Below are positions 1-8,901 of a DNA stretch of 64,000 nt, one piece after another. The translations under genes were made by a program, and so were the position numbers. The notes under the pieces were generated by a model. It ran no database searches. It saw only the letters and a program-made list of their open reading frames with translations, and was not told the DNA's origin. How positions within the stretch are numbered: the first letter of the stretch is position 1; each line of letters opens with the position of its first letter. Source of the stretch: an uncultured Candidatus Saccharibacteria bacterium (lineage in GTDB: Bacteria > Patescibacteriota > Minisyncoccia > 2-02-FULL-40-12 > GWA2-44-9); assembly GCA_964513645.1 (NCBI GenBank), contig CAZENF010000002.1, positions 8,090 through 72,089 of the forward strand. Direction: 5' to 3'.

Positions 1-1904
1 CTTTGCCCGGATGTATACACATCCAATAGCCATCCCTGGCCGCTAAAAGATAGGCTTTTGCTCAAAACCATAGCAGAACTTGCTCCATAATTGGAAGGTT
101 TTATCCATACTGAGATCGACATCGGACCCAGATTATTTAATAAAGATCCAGAAGTAGTGACCGCTGTATTTGCAGGACCGCCGAAATTTAAAGCTTGGCC
201 GATTTTGCCCGGAACTTTTGTCGGGCCGTTGGTAAGGGTGCCCGAGTTGCCGTTGCCGGATTTGTCGTCCATTTTGTTTGAGCTGTGGATGTCGGCTCCG
301 TCCATCGTCCAATAGCCGACGAGGCCGTTGGTAAGGGATTGGGTTTTGGAGGCGTTGAATTTGGTTTGGGTCTGCTGGTATAGGCGGGAAATCTCTTCTC
401 CGGAAAGAGCACGGTTATACACTCTGGCATCATCTAGAATAGCGTTATTGAGTATTGGCGTAGCAGCAGAATAATTATTGCCCATGCCGACAGTCCCGAC
501 TAAATCCGAAATAGTATCGCAAGCCTTACTGCTAATCAATGACCCATTTTTATAAAAATACATATTCCCTCCTGTATGAGTTAGGGTATACATGTTCCAT
601 TGATTCAGGACTGTTGGGCTCGAGACAACATTATTTAAAAAGGAAGTGCCTGAACATAGCCCGCATATATTTGAAGTCCCTTTGCCAATGGCAAAATAAC
701 CGCCGTGATTACCGGATGAATTATCAGAATCTTCTATGAACTCCTCTCCCTGTCCCTGAACACAGGCATTATTATCCGAGCCATTTGCCGTTGGATAAAC
801 CCAGACCGAGAATGTTCCGTCATTGGCAGACATGTAGCTTGAGAGTGGGGCTGTTGTACTGACATAACTTGATGCCGTACCATTGAATTTTAATCCCTGA
901 CCAACTTTGCCAGGCGCGATGGTCGGCGGCAGAGAACCATTCAAAGTGCCGTTAAAATTCTTGCCCGAACGGTCCTTGGCGATGGTACCGGATGAACCCA
1001 TATCCGCTCCATCAAATGTCCAGTATCCGGTCAGGCCTCTGGATAGTGGGTCACCGGTGGTCGATGAACCACCCGAAGTTGAATGATTAAATTTTGAACC
1101 CGAACCGATGGTGTAGAGACGCTGGATTTCGGTGGCAGATAAGACACGGTTGTAGATGCGCACATCGTCGATAGAACCATTAAAATTCTGGCTTAAAGAC
1201 TGCGCTTGATTACCTATTAAATTAGATGTTGATGAGAACGAAGGACGAGTGTAATTAAAGCTTGTTGCATCTTTAGAGCCATCAATATATAGATTAGCAG
1301 TGCCATTATTATCTGTCCAAACAATATGATGCCAGGATTTATCAAAAGCAACGCCAGTTGATAAAACATCATTCAAGGGCGTTGTGACGCCATTAGTTAG
1401 ATAAAGGTCCACCTTACCAGTATTACCACTCGCATCAGTTCCAAGCCCAAATAGCGTTGAACTATTACAAGGAGGGCCCCCATTACATTCTCCCCAGACA
1501 ACCTTGTCAGCTTGTTTATCGCCTTTGACCCATACCGATATCGAATAGGCAGTATTGTTAGCATAAAGAGGAAATGAGCTTGTGTTATTCGTTATTGCCA
1601 CGTAGCTATTCACTCCATTGAAATTAAGTGCCTGCCCGATTTTGCCCGGTATTGCTGTCGGACCGTTGGTGAGGGTGCCTGAATTGCCGTTGCCGGATTT
1701 GTCATCTGTCTTATTTGAACTCTGGTGGGTATCCAACCCGTCGAAGGTCCAATAGCCGACGAGGCCGCTGTTTAAGCCGAGGTATGTCGGAGCTTTAATG
1801 ATAGTGCCGGCTTCGGCTCCGAGAGGAGCAGTTAAGAAAAATACCAAGCACCAAATTACAAATCCCAAATAAGTTCCAATTTTAAAATTCCAAATTTTAA
1901 ACAT
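1..1904 (-). CDS. Secreted multi-LamG (concanavalin A-like) domain protein, runs off the window edge
   Basis: Not in the ORF track because no stop falls in the window. Hand translation from ATG 1904 (MFKIWNFKIG...) gives three modules starting GL(V/T)GYWT(F/M)DG, two of them complete and ending DD(V/A)R(I/V)YNR. Confidence 0.85.
   Translation of the reverse strand, partial: MFKIWNFKIGTYLGFVIWCLVFFLTAPLGAEAGTIIKAPTYLGLNSGLVGYWTFDGLDTHQSSNKTDDKSGNGNSGTLTNGPTAIPGKIGQALNFNGVNSYVAITNNTSSFPLYANNTAYSISVWVKGDKQADKVVWGECNGGPPCNSSTLFGLGTDASGNTGKVDLYLTNGVTTPLNDVLSTGVAFDKSWHHIVWTDNNGTANLYIDGSKDATSFNYTRPSFSSTSNLIGNQAQSLSQNFNGSIDDVRIYNRVLSATEIQRLYTIGSGSKFNHSTSGGSSTTGDPLSRGLTGYWTFDGADMGSSGTIAKDRSGKNFNGTLNGSLPPTIAPGKVGQGLKFNGTASSYVSTTAPLSSYMSANDGTFSVWVYPTANGSDNNACVQGQGEEFIEDSDNSSGNHGGYFAIGKGTSNICGLCSGTSFLNNVVSSPTVLNQWNMYTLTHTGGNMYFYKNGSLISSKACDTISDLVGTVGMGNNYSAATPILNNAILDDARVYNRALSGEEISRLYQQTQTKFNASKTQSLTNGLVGYWTMDGADIHSSNKMDDKSGNGNSGTLTNGPTKVPGKIGQALNFGGPANTAVTTSGSLLNNLGPMSISVWIKPSNYGASSAMVLSKSLSFSGQGWLLDVYTSGQ
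1843..1900. repeat. Heptamer-like repeat arm on one side of the four helix bundle gene
   Basis: ccaagcaccaaattacaaatcccaaataagttccaattttaaaattccaaatt; complementary to 2274-2315. Confidence 0.75.
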
Positions 1905-1909
1905 AAAAA

Positions 1910-2275
1910 TTATAAACTTTTTCCAGCTATCGAAGATAAAATCTTCTTGAGTTCAGTAGCTTCCTGAATTAATTTATTTCCCAAAATACTAAATTCATTA
2001 TCGTTGGTATCCATTATCAATCTTAACCAATAAATACTTTCTTTAGACTCCTTGCGAAAAATTTTTATTCTCATTAGAAAATCTTTTTTGCTTAATGATT
2101 CGTTAGCTTCTATATAATTAGCTCCGATGGAACCAGAAGATCTAATTACTTGTTTCACATATTCAGTATTAACGTTGGTCTTGGGTAATTTTTTTGAGAA
2201 CAAGGCAACATCCCGGGCAAAATTATAAGATCTTTCTTCTAAATCGTAAGGTTTGGAATTTGCTTTTTCTGCCAT
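1910..2275 (-). CDS. Four helix bundle protein (23S rRNA IVS protein / TIGR02436-like)
   Basis: DLEERS...QVIRSSGSIGANYIEA...KESKESIYWL motif. Confidence 0.9.
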   Translation of the reverse strand: MAEKANSKPYDLEERSYNFARDVALFSKKLPKTNVNTEYVKQVIRSSGSIGANYIEANESLSKKDFLMRIKIFRKESKESIYWLRLIMDTNDNEFSILGNKLIQEATELKKILSSIAGKSL

Positions 2276-2315
2276 TGGAATTTATTTGGGATTTGATACT
2301 TGTTATTTGTAATTT
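2274..2315. repeat. Heptamer-like repeat arm on the other side of the four helix bundle gene
   Basis: attggaatttatttgggatttgatacttgttatttgtaattt; its reverse complement matches aaatcccaaataa(g/a)ttccaat in the other arm. Confidence 0.75.
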
Positions 2316-2323
2316 ATGGGCGG

Positions 2324-2896
2324 TTATTTCCATTTCCATGTATTCAAGGTCTGACTGATGAGATCGGTGGCGGTTTTGGGTCCAGTTACCTGGTACAATC
2401 GTCCGCTGTGGACGACCCAGACCTCAAAGGTCGCACCCATCGTGTCATCGTTGCCGTCAAAGACCAACGCTTGAGTATTATCGAGCTTGGCATCGCGGGG
2501 GTCATTGATAACCGTATCGGGCAGGTCCTGATGAATACGATCGGAGGTTAAAGCGCCTGGTTCATCGAACGGAAAAGAAAATATCTGGAAACCACTGCCA
2601 TTTTTATCTTCAACCGTTACCACGTCCTGCTTGTTGTTTCCGGGTTCATCTGTAACTTTAAATCCGTCCGGATATCGGATAGCAAACCCGGGACCAGCGA
2701 AATCTTTGCTTAAGGAATCAAAAACTATCGGCTGGGTAAATATTGCATCTGGCTGATTGGAAGTCTGATCTGTTGTCGCAAGAGGCGTTGGCGTTAAGTT
2801 GATTATCTGGGCCATTTTACTGTGGCTGGAGTAACGGAAATAGGCGCCCGCACCTACTGCGCCTAAGACGACCAGGACCAAAATAAATTTGCGCAT
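2324..2896 (-). CDS. Membrane-anchored hypothetical protein (possibly PsbP-like fold)
   Basis: N-terminal TM helix MRKFILVLVV..., GFAIRYP motif; start trimmed to ATG 2896. Confidence 0.6.
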   Translation of the reverse strand: MRKFILVLVVLGAVGAGAYFRYSSHSKMAQIINLTPTPLATTDQTSNQPDAIFTQPIVFDSLSKDFAGPGFAIRYPDGFKVTDEPGNNKQDVVTVEDKNGSGFQIFSFPFDEPGALTSDRIHQDLPDTVINDPRDAKLDNTQALVFDGNDDTMGATFEVWVVHSGRLYQVTGPKTATDLISQTLNTWKWK

Positions 2897-2904
2897 ATTA
2901 TTTA

Positions 2905-2975
2905 AAATACCAAATTCCAAGCGCCAAATTACAAATTAGAATTATTTGGAATTTGGGGTTTGTTATTTGGAATTT
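2905..2975. repeat. Empty heptamer inverted-repeat element
   Basis: ccaaattccaagcgccaaattacaaat ... atttggaatttggggtttgttatttggaattt between the rnhA stop and the next start. Confidence 0.7.
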
Positions 2976-3417
2976 ACAAATTTAACTTGTTATCTTCTCT
3001 GTCCAAGACTTGGTTGACCAGTTTATCCGCGTCCGTGTTCTTGCCGCGTAGAACGTGTTTGAACTCAACTTTTCCGAAATCGAGTTTCAGATTGTGGACC
3101 TCGATGAACAATTTCTGGATGTTGTCGTCCTTTACTTTATACTCATGACTCAACTGTTTGACCAGAAGCTCGCTGTCCATATAAAAGATCAAGTGGCTTT
3201 TGGCAGCATTATCCCCGCCGACAAGCTGTTTAACTTTTTTTAAAGCAAAAATAACCGCCCGGTACTCGGCTTCATTGTTCGTGGTAATACCGATATATTC
3301 ACCGTATTCTGAAGCGCCCATCACCTGACCCTTGATAACGACACCAATCGCCGCCGGACCTGGATTGCCCCGCGAACCTCCGTCAGTATGGATTGTGAAC
3401 TTTAAACCTCTTTCCAT
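2974..3417 (-). CDS. rnhA: Ribonuclease HI
   Basis: TDGGSRGNPGPAA, TNNEAEY, DSELLVKQ, N..AD motifs. Confidence 0.92.
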   Translation of the reverse strand: MERGLKFTIHTDGGSRGNPGPAAIGVVIKGQVMGASEYGEYIGITTNNEAEYRAVIFALKKVKQLVGGDNAAKSHLIFYMDSELLVKQLSHEYKVKDDNIQKLFIEVHNLKLDFGKVEFKHVLRGKNTDADKLVNQVLDREDNKLNL

Positions 3418-4235
3418 GGGATTTCGTTTAATGTTTTTACTTCAAAACCTGCCGCCTGTTTATGCCCGCCGCCGCCGTATCTCTTGGCCATTTGGCCGAC
3501 ATCAACAGAACCGTCAGACCTTAATGAAACAATTACCACATCTTTATCATAACTCCAACTGATAGACATCGGCGGAAGTTTTTTATACAAAACCTCGCAA
3601 ACACCTGAAGCATAGAGATGAGGAGCATTCACCGCATATGTTCTGTGACCTTCGAACGTTACCAGACGCGCTGTGTCCTCGACTATTTCCTTCATCATCC
3701 TGTTCTCATACCTGACGATTAAGGAGCCCTGTTCTGACATATTGTTCAACTTCTTATCTGATTCCATCTCGCCGGCTAAACGGTCCCAATTTTTAAAATT
3801 TAGATCCGTAAGGTCAAGAAAGGCACAGATTTCTTTTGTGTTCTTCATTTTGAACTGAAAAAGGTCACGGTCTTCGATATATAAGCAAAGCTGCGGGATT
3901 TTTTGGTCAGGGAAAAAATATTTCCAGGCCAGAACCGCGCCCGAATGAGAATTGTCAAAAAGGGGCTTCTGGGTCATCTCGGCCGCTTCTTTTCCGGTGG
4001 CATGATGGTCAATGATAGTAACCTCCCGGTTGTTTTTTAAAATTTCTTTCAGAACCGGCAGACTGACCGCAAAATCTATCAGATATACCCGCTTGCCCAC
4101 AATGTCTCGAGGCGCGGGGTCTTGATAATGGATTGGCCGGTATTCTGCCGTATCGCCGAATTTTTTCCAGGCCACCCAGGCGGCAGTAAAACCGTCACTG
4201 CAGCCGGCATGGTATAAGATGACTGTGTTTTTCAT
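3402..4235 (-). CDS. DHH/DHHA1 phosphoesterase (NrnB-like)
   Basis: YH..C.DG, IDHH, GGGGH..AAG; likely start MKNTVILYH at 4235. Confidence 0.85.
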   Translation of the reverse strand: MKNTVILYHAGCSDGFTAAWVAWKKFGDTAEYRPIHYQDPAPRDIVGKRVYLIDFAVSLPVLKEILKNNREVTIIDHHATGKEAAEMTQKPLFDNSHSGAVLAWKYFFPDQKIPQLCLYIEDRDLFQFKMKNTKEICAFLDLTDLNFKNWDRLAGEMESDKKLNNMSEQGSLIVRYENRMMKEIVEDTARLVTFEGHRTYAVNAPHLYASGVCEVLYKKLPPMSISWSYDKDVVIVSLRSDGSVDVGQMAKRYGGGGHKQAAGFEVKTLNEIPWKEV

Positions 4236-4236
4236 T

Positions 4237-5337
4237 TTATTTATAATATCCCAAAGCTTCGAGGCCCGGCATTCGTTTGCCGGCCAGAAATTCGAGCATT
4301 GCTCCCCCGCCGGTCGAAACAAAATCCAATTTATTAAAGATACCCAAATGGTCGACCGCTGAAATAGTATCTCCGCCACCGATAACCTTGTAGCCGCCGG
4401 ATGAGACAACAGCCATACCGACAGCATCAGTTCCGGCCGAGAATCTCGGATCTTCGAACAATCCGAGCGGGCCGTTCCAGATGACTATTTTTGAATTTTT
4501 AATTACTTTAGAGAACTTGGCAACGGTCTTAGGACCGATGTCGTATATTTTACTCTCAAAAATATTAAAATCTTCCGGCAGGACAAGTTTTGTGTCATCG
4601 AGGTCAAGACCAAAAAGAAGCTCTTTTGAATTAGCATCTGACATTGAAGTACCGATATCAACGCCTTTTTCTTTCAAGATATCATTGGCTACAACTCCGC
4701 CCAGAAGTATTTTTTCGGCTTTATCCGTAAAATTCTTCACGACCGGGACCTTTGTTTCGGCTTTGGCTCCGCCGATTACGATAATTTTTCCCTCTTTGGG
4801 CATATCAATCACTTCCTGAAGTTTAGCTGTTTCTTCCTGAACAAGCGGGCCCGGATAAGATGTCAGAAAATGCGTAACAGCTGAAACCGAAGCATGTTCG
4901 CGATGACAGACGGCAAATGCGTTGTTGGCGTAAACATCGAACCCGGTCGATAAATTTTTGGCAAATTCAGTATCATTCTCCTCTTCACCGGGCCAATTGC
5001 GCAGATTCTCGAGAAGATAAAGTTCTCCCGGTTTAAGACCGACAACGGTTTGATTTAATTTAGCAGGGTCATCAATAAAATTTATCTTATGGCCGAGAAC
5101 GCTTTCAAGTTCTTGAAGAAGCGGTTTGAACGATGGCTTGCCGTTTTCCTTTGGCCCGTCTTTTATATGAGCTATCATTACCACCCCACAATTTTCAAGA
5201 AGCCGGTCAATAGCCGGTTTTTGTTTTTCTATTCTAAATTTCTCGGCTATCTTTCCATCCGAAGCCGGCACATCAAAATCAACTCTTAACAGAATTTTTT
5301 TATAATTTTTACTTAAGATTTCAGGAAAAGATCTCAT
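4237..5337 (-). CDS. pgk: Phosphoglycerate kinase
   Basis: LLRVDFDVP, LLENLR, GGAK, WNGPLG, GGGDT, STGGGA. Confidence 0.95.
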   Translation of the reverse strand: MRSFPEILSKNYKKILLRVDFDVPASDGKIAEKFRIEKQKPAIDRLLENCGVVMIAHIKDGPKENGKPSFKPLLQELESVLGHKINFIDDPAKLNQTVVGLKPGELYLLENLRNWPGEEENDTEFAKNLSTGFDVYANNAFAVCHREHASVSAVTHFLTSYPGPLVQEETAKLQEVIDMPKEGKIIVIGGAKAETKVPVVKNFTDKAEKILLGGVVANDILKEKGVDIGTSMSDANSKELLFGLDLDDTKLVLPEDFNIFESKIYDIGPKTVAKFSKVIKNSKIVIWNGPLGLFEDPRFSAGTDAVGMAVVSSGGYKVIGGGDTISAVDHLGIFNKLDFVSTGGGAMLEFLAGKRMPGLEALGYYK

Positions 5338-6122
5338 GATAATAGCTGGCCGGCGGTGGCCATTAGGACCTTAACAAATTCCTCTTTGTTCACGCTCGCC
5401 GAACCGACAAGGACACCATTGATGTCTTTGTGTTTAAGAAATTCGGCGGCGTTCTTTGAATTGACGGAACCACCGTATAAAAATAAATTTCCAATTTCCA
5501 ATTTCCAATTTCCAATTAAGGTATCTCGGATTATTTTTATCGATTCGAGCGCGGAGTCAGGGGTATCAGGTTTGGCGCCGAGATTTGATGAGATTGCCCA
5601 AACCGGTTCATAAGCAACAAGACATTTACCTACCTCGTCGGATGTCAGGTCTTTAAAAGTATTCTTAACTTGCTCCTCGAGGAATTTTTTAAAACCTTCA
5701 TTCCTCTCTCTTTCACCGATACAGACAACCGGTGTCAGACCGTTACGCAGAGACGCCTTTAATTTTTTATTGACCAGTTCGTCCGATTCGCCAAGTTTCC
5801 AGCGTCTTTCAGAATGCCCGATGATAACGTACTCCACACCGAGACGAGTAAGCATCGGGCCAGAAACTTCGCCGGTCAGAGCACCCTTATCTTCGGTCGA
5901 GATGTCTTGGGCGCCCAAAGCGGCCTCGTGTTCAAGGTGAGACATATTCAGTTCTTTTGAAACTTCTTCCAGAAAAACAAAAGGCGGACAAAAAACCAGT
6001 CCGAACTTTTCTTTTTCGTTCAGCGAACCGAGATAATCATCGACGTATTCTAAAATATCCCTGGCTTCGGCCAGAGTTTGGGGAGACATTTTCCAATTGG
6101 CGATGATTGTTTTCTTGTCCAT
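5334..6122 (-). CDS. tpiA: Triosephosphate isomerase
   Basis: ANWKM, GHSERR, AYEPVWAI, YGGSV. Confidence 0.95.
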   Translation of the reverse strand: MDKKTIIANWKMSPQTLAEARDILEYVDDYLGSLNEKEKFGLVFCPPFVFLEEVSKELNMSHLEHEAALGAQDISTEDKGALTGEVSGPMLTRLGVEYVIIGHSERRWKLGESDELVNKKLKASLRNGLTPVVCIGERERNEGFKKFLEEQVKNTFKDLTSDEVGKCLVAYEPVWAISSNLGAKPDTPDSALESIKIIRDTLIGNWKLEIGNLFLYGGSVNSKNAAEFLKHKDINGVLVGSASVNKEEFVKVLMATAGQLLS

Positions 6123-7114
6123 TATATTTTGGCGTTCTTTAACATATTCGCGGCCTCGTCGGGATCAACGACATTTATCTCAACGCCGGTGCCGATCTCA
6201 AAACCGGCATCGATCTTCATGTGCGGGATGACTTCGACATGCCAGCGGTAGAATTCGTGCATTTCAGTATTGAAGTTGCTTGCCAAAGGCGCAGTATGAA
6301 TGAAAAAGTTAAAAGCCGGTTTGCCTAGCGCAACCTTGAGTCTCTGGATGCTTTGATGGAGCGCGTCAGCAAAAAGCGCGTCTTTGTGATCCGGCATTTG
6401 TTCGAAGTGGGCGTGATTCTCTTTGGGGAATATTCTTTGTTCATAGGGGTATTTTGAAACATAAGGGCAGAAGACCACGAACTCATCGTTCTCGTAGACG
6501 ACTCTGGTTTTCTGGGCAAGTTCCCAGTTGACCACTTCATCGTAAACTCTTTTTTTATTTTTTTTATAGTATTCGTGTGAACCGTTGATACTGTGATTAA
6601 CGTCGGGCGGGAGTATCGGCATCGTGATTATTTGGGAATGAGGATGAAAAATACTCGCTCCGGCTTCGGCACCGTGATTGTGGAAAATCAAAATATAACG
6701 GGTACACTCTATCTTCTTGGCAAGTTCGAGATAGCGACGTTTATAGACCTTAACCGCACCAGTTATATCTTCGACGCTAAAGTCATCGAACCTCCGCTCA
6801 TGATCACGGTACACCACCACTTCGTGGTCACCGACAGCTAAATGAGATTTGAAGGGGCCGACTTCAGTATCCTGACCGCAGACGCCGGCTTTTAAAGCCG
6901 GGTATTTGTTTTTTATAACCGCAATCTTCCAGTTCTTGTCATCCGGATATGTCCAGACGAGTTCCTGGCCGGTTTCGACGAGTTCCTCAAAAGGACATCC
7001 TTCCGGAGATTGATAAACATCCTGAACACTGCGCGAATCGGAACGTTTCGAACGGCCGGTCGCAAAAAGCACCCATTCGCCTGATACTAAATCTTGTCTG
7101 AATTCGTTTAACAA
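6122..7114 (-). CDS. galT: Galactose-1-phosphate uridylyltransferase (GalT/HIT family)
   Basis: CPF, NKYP, GAEAGASIFHPHSQ. Confidence 0.88.
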   Translation of the reverse strand: MLNEFRQDLVSGEWVLFATGRSKRSDSRSVQDVYQSPEGCPFEELVETGQELVWTYPDDKNWKIAVIKNKYPALKAGVCGQDTEVGPFKSHLAVGDHEVVVYRDHERRFDDFSVEDITGAVKVYKRRYLELAKKIECTRYILIFHNHGAEAGASIFHPHSQIITMPILPPDVNHSINGSHEYYKKNKKRVYDEVVNWELAQKTRVVYENDEFVVFCPYVSKYPYEQRIFPKENHAHFEQMPDHKDALFADALHQSIQRLKVALGKPAFNFFIHTAPLASNFNTEMHEFYRWHVEVIPHMKIDAGFEIGTGVEINVVDPDEAANMLKNAKI

Positions 7115-7123
7115 AACAAGGTC

Positions 7124-7217
7124 GTAGTATGTAGTATGTAGTATGTAGTATGGTTTTGGAATAAGATTCTTAAAACATTTTCTGATCCTTGCTACATGCT
7201 ACTTGATGCATGCTACT
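7124..7217. repeat. Heptamer tandem repeats in inverted arrangement
   Basis: (GTAGTAT)x4 at 7124-7151 facing TGCTACA TGCTACT TGATGCA TGCTACT at 7190-7217. Confidence 0.8.
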
Positions 7218-7220
7218 TAT

Positions 7221-7940
7221 TTAACTATACTTCCCCGTCATCAAACCCCACCTTATCTTAATTGTATCAAATAAAACTTCTTTGTAAGCTTCGAGGCCAA
7301 CATGAGAATTAGGATTGTTATGCCAATCCACCGGAAGTTCTTTTATTTTGAATTTGTACTTCAGGGCTATAGCCAGCATCTCAACATCAAAACCCCAGCG
7401 TTCTATCGTCAATTTCGGAAAGATCGTTTCGGCGGCTTTGGCGGTTACGAGCTTAAAACCTCTCTGGGTATCGTAAATTCCGGGTACGGCCATTATCTGA
7501 ATGAACAGATTTCCTAATTTACCGAAGATCCTCCGCCACAATGGCTCGCTGCCAGAAGAAATCTTATGTCCGCTGATGGCTATAGAACCAATGACGACCT
7601 GGTACCCTTGGTTAGTGTAAGGAAAAAACTTGTCGAGATGATCAATAGAGGTTGAGTTATCGGCATCAGTAAATACCCGGAAATCGCCTTTCGCCTCGAG
7701 CATTCCCTGTTTAACCGCATAGCCCTTGCCGTGGTTCTCCTGGTTCACAACAGCGCGGAGACCTTTTATCTCTGGCTCAAGTGATTTGACCACTTCTCCG
7801 GTCCGGTCTTTTATTCCGTCAATGATAACCAAAATCTCGTAATCATAACTCTGCCTTTTTAAATAGGCATCAATAGACTTGAGAGTCGAGGTTATAACAT
7901 TCTCTTCTTTGTAAGCCGGGATGATGACGCTTAGATACAT
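7221..7940 (-). CDS. GT2 glycosyltransferase (polyprenyl-phosphate glucosyltransferase-like)
   Basis: LSVIIPAY, NHGKGYAV, DAD, DTQRGFK, WGFDVE. Confidence 0.9.
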   Translation of the reverse strand: MYLSVIIPAYKEENVITSTLKSIDAYLKRQSYDYEILVIIDGIKDRTGEVVKSLEPEIKGLRAVVNQENHGKGYAVKQGMLEAKGDFRVFTDADNSTSIDHLDKFFPYTNQGYQVVIGSIAISGHKISSGSEPLWRRIFGKLGNLFIQIMAVPGIYDTQRGFKLVTAKAAETIFPKLTIERWGFDVEMLAIALKYKFKIKELPVDWHNNPNSHVGLEAYKEVLFDTIKIRWGLMTGKYS

Positions 7941-7983
7941 AGATAACTATTATAATACACCAGACCTGGATTGAGACCAACCC

Positions 7984-8012
7984 TTGACGAGTGACCAGAA
8001 ACCCTGTATTAT
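7984..8012 (+). promoter_or_regulatory. Sigma70-like promoter of dprA-topA-rel
   Basis: TTGACG ... TATTAT ending about 10 nt before the dprA ATG. Confidence 0.5.
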
Positions 8013-8021
8013 CCTTCGGAT

Positions 8022-8900
8022 ATGGATGATTTCCCTATTATATATGTAAGGCCGGGTGATAAGGATTACCCCCAACTTCTGTCAAAAATAGCCGACCCGC
8101 CACAAGGGCTTTATTGCCGCGGGAACATTAAGCTTCTGAACACCTTTTGTTTCAGTATTGTCGGCACCCGCAAAATAACTTCTTACGGCCAGGAAGCGGT
8201 TGACCATATTGTCTCCGGGCTTGCCGGGACCGGCTGGACCATCGTCAGCGGACTCGCCTTGGGAGTTGATGCGGCCGCCCACCGAGCCGCTCTCGAAAAC
8301 GGTCTGCCGACCATTGCCGTCATCGGTTCTCCGGTAGATGACGAGGGTATCGCTCCGAGAACAAATCTTAAGCTTGCCAAAGAAATACTCGAAGCCGGCG
8401 GACTTATAATTTCTGAATACGAAAAACCCAATGAAGTATTTCCGGCAAATTACGCCATCCGGGACCGGATAACCAGCGGCTTGTCCAAGGGAGTCCTGAT
8501 AATTGAAGGCGCGGAGGAAAGCGGTTCTCTGATAACCGCCAAGTCGGCCGCTGACCAGAATCGAGATGTGTTTGCGGTCCCGGGAAATATTTTTTCAAAC
8601 GTTTCAAAGGGAACTAATGCCCTAATAAAAAGCGGTGCAAAGATGGTAACTTCGGCCGAAGACATAATCGAAGAATATTCAAAAAATGCCCAGCTTAAAC
8701 TACCCGCCAAAGTTGACATATCAACAAAAGATCCGGTTGGTCAAAAAATCCTTGCTATACTTGATGAAAAGGGCGAGCTCTCGGCAGATAAAATCATCAG
8801 AGAACTCGAGATGGAGCCGTCAAAAGTAATTTCATCCCTGTCGATGCTTGAATTAAACGACCGGATAAAAAATATTAACGGAAAATATAGATCAAATTAA
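8022..8900 (+). CDS. dprA: DNA-processing protein DprA
   Basis: SIVGTR, VSGLALGVD, SGSLITA, VFAVPG; C-terminal wHTH. Confidence 0.95.
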   Translation: MDDFPIIYVRPGDKDYPQLLSKIADPPQGLYCRGNIKLLNTFCFSIVGTRKITSYGQEAVDHIVSGLAGTGWTIVSGLALGVDAAAHRAALENGLPTIAVIGSPVDDEGIAPRTNLKLAKEILEAGGLIISEYEKPNEVFPANYAIRDRITSGLSKGVLIIEGAEESGSLITAKSAADQNRDVFAVPGNIFSNVSKGTNALIKSGAKMVTSAEDIIEEYSKNAQLKLPAKVDISTKDPVGQKILAILDEKGELSADKIIRELEMEPSKVISSLSMLELNDRIKNINGKYRSN

Positions 8901-8901
8901 A

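Noticed and set aside
1-2275. Diversity-generating retroelement (Avd-like gene beside a repeated lectin gene)
   Set aside because: No reverse transcriptase in the window, and differences between the repeats are largely synonymous rather than adenine-specific.
4236-4427. N-terminal extension of the DHH ORF given in the track
   Set aside because: Overlaps pgk; family motifs begin at ATG 4235.
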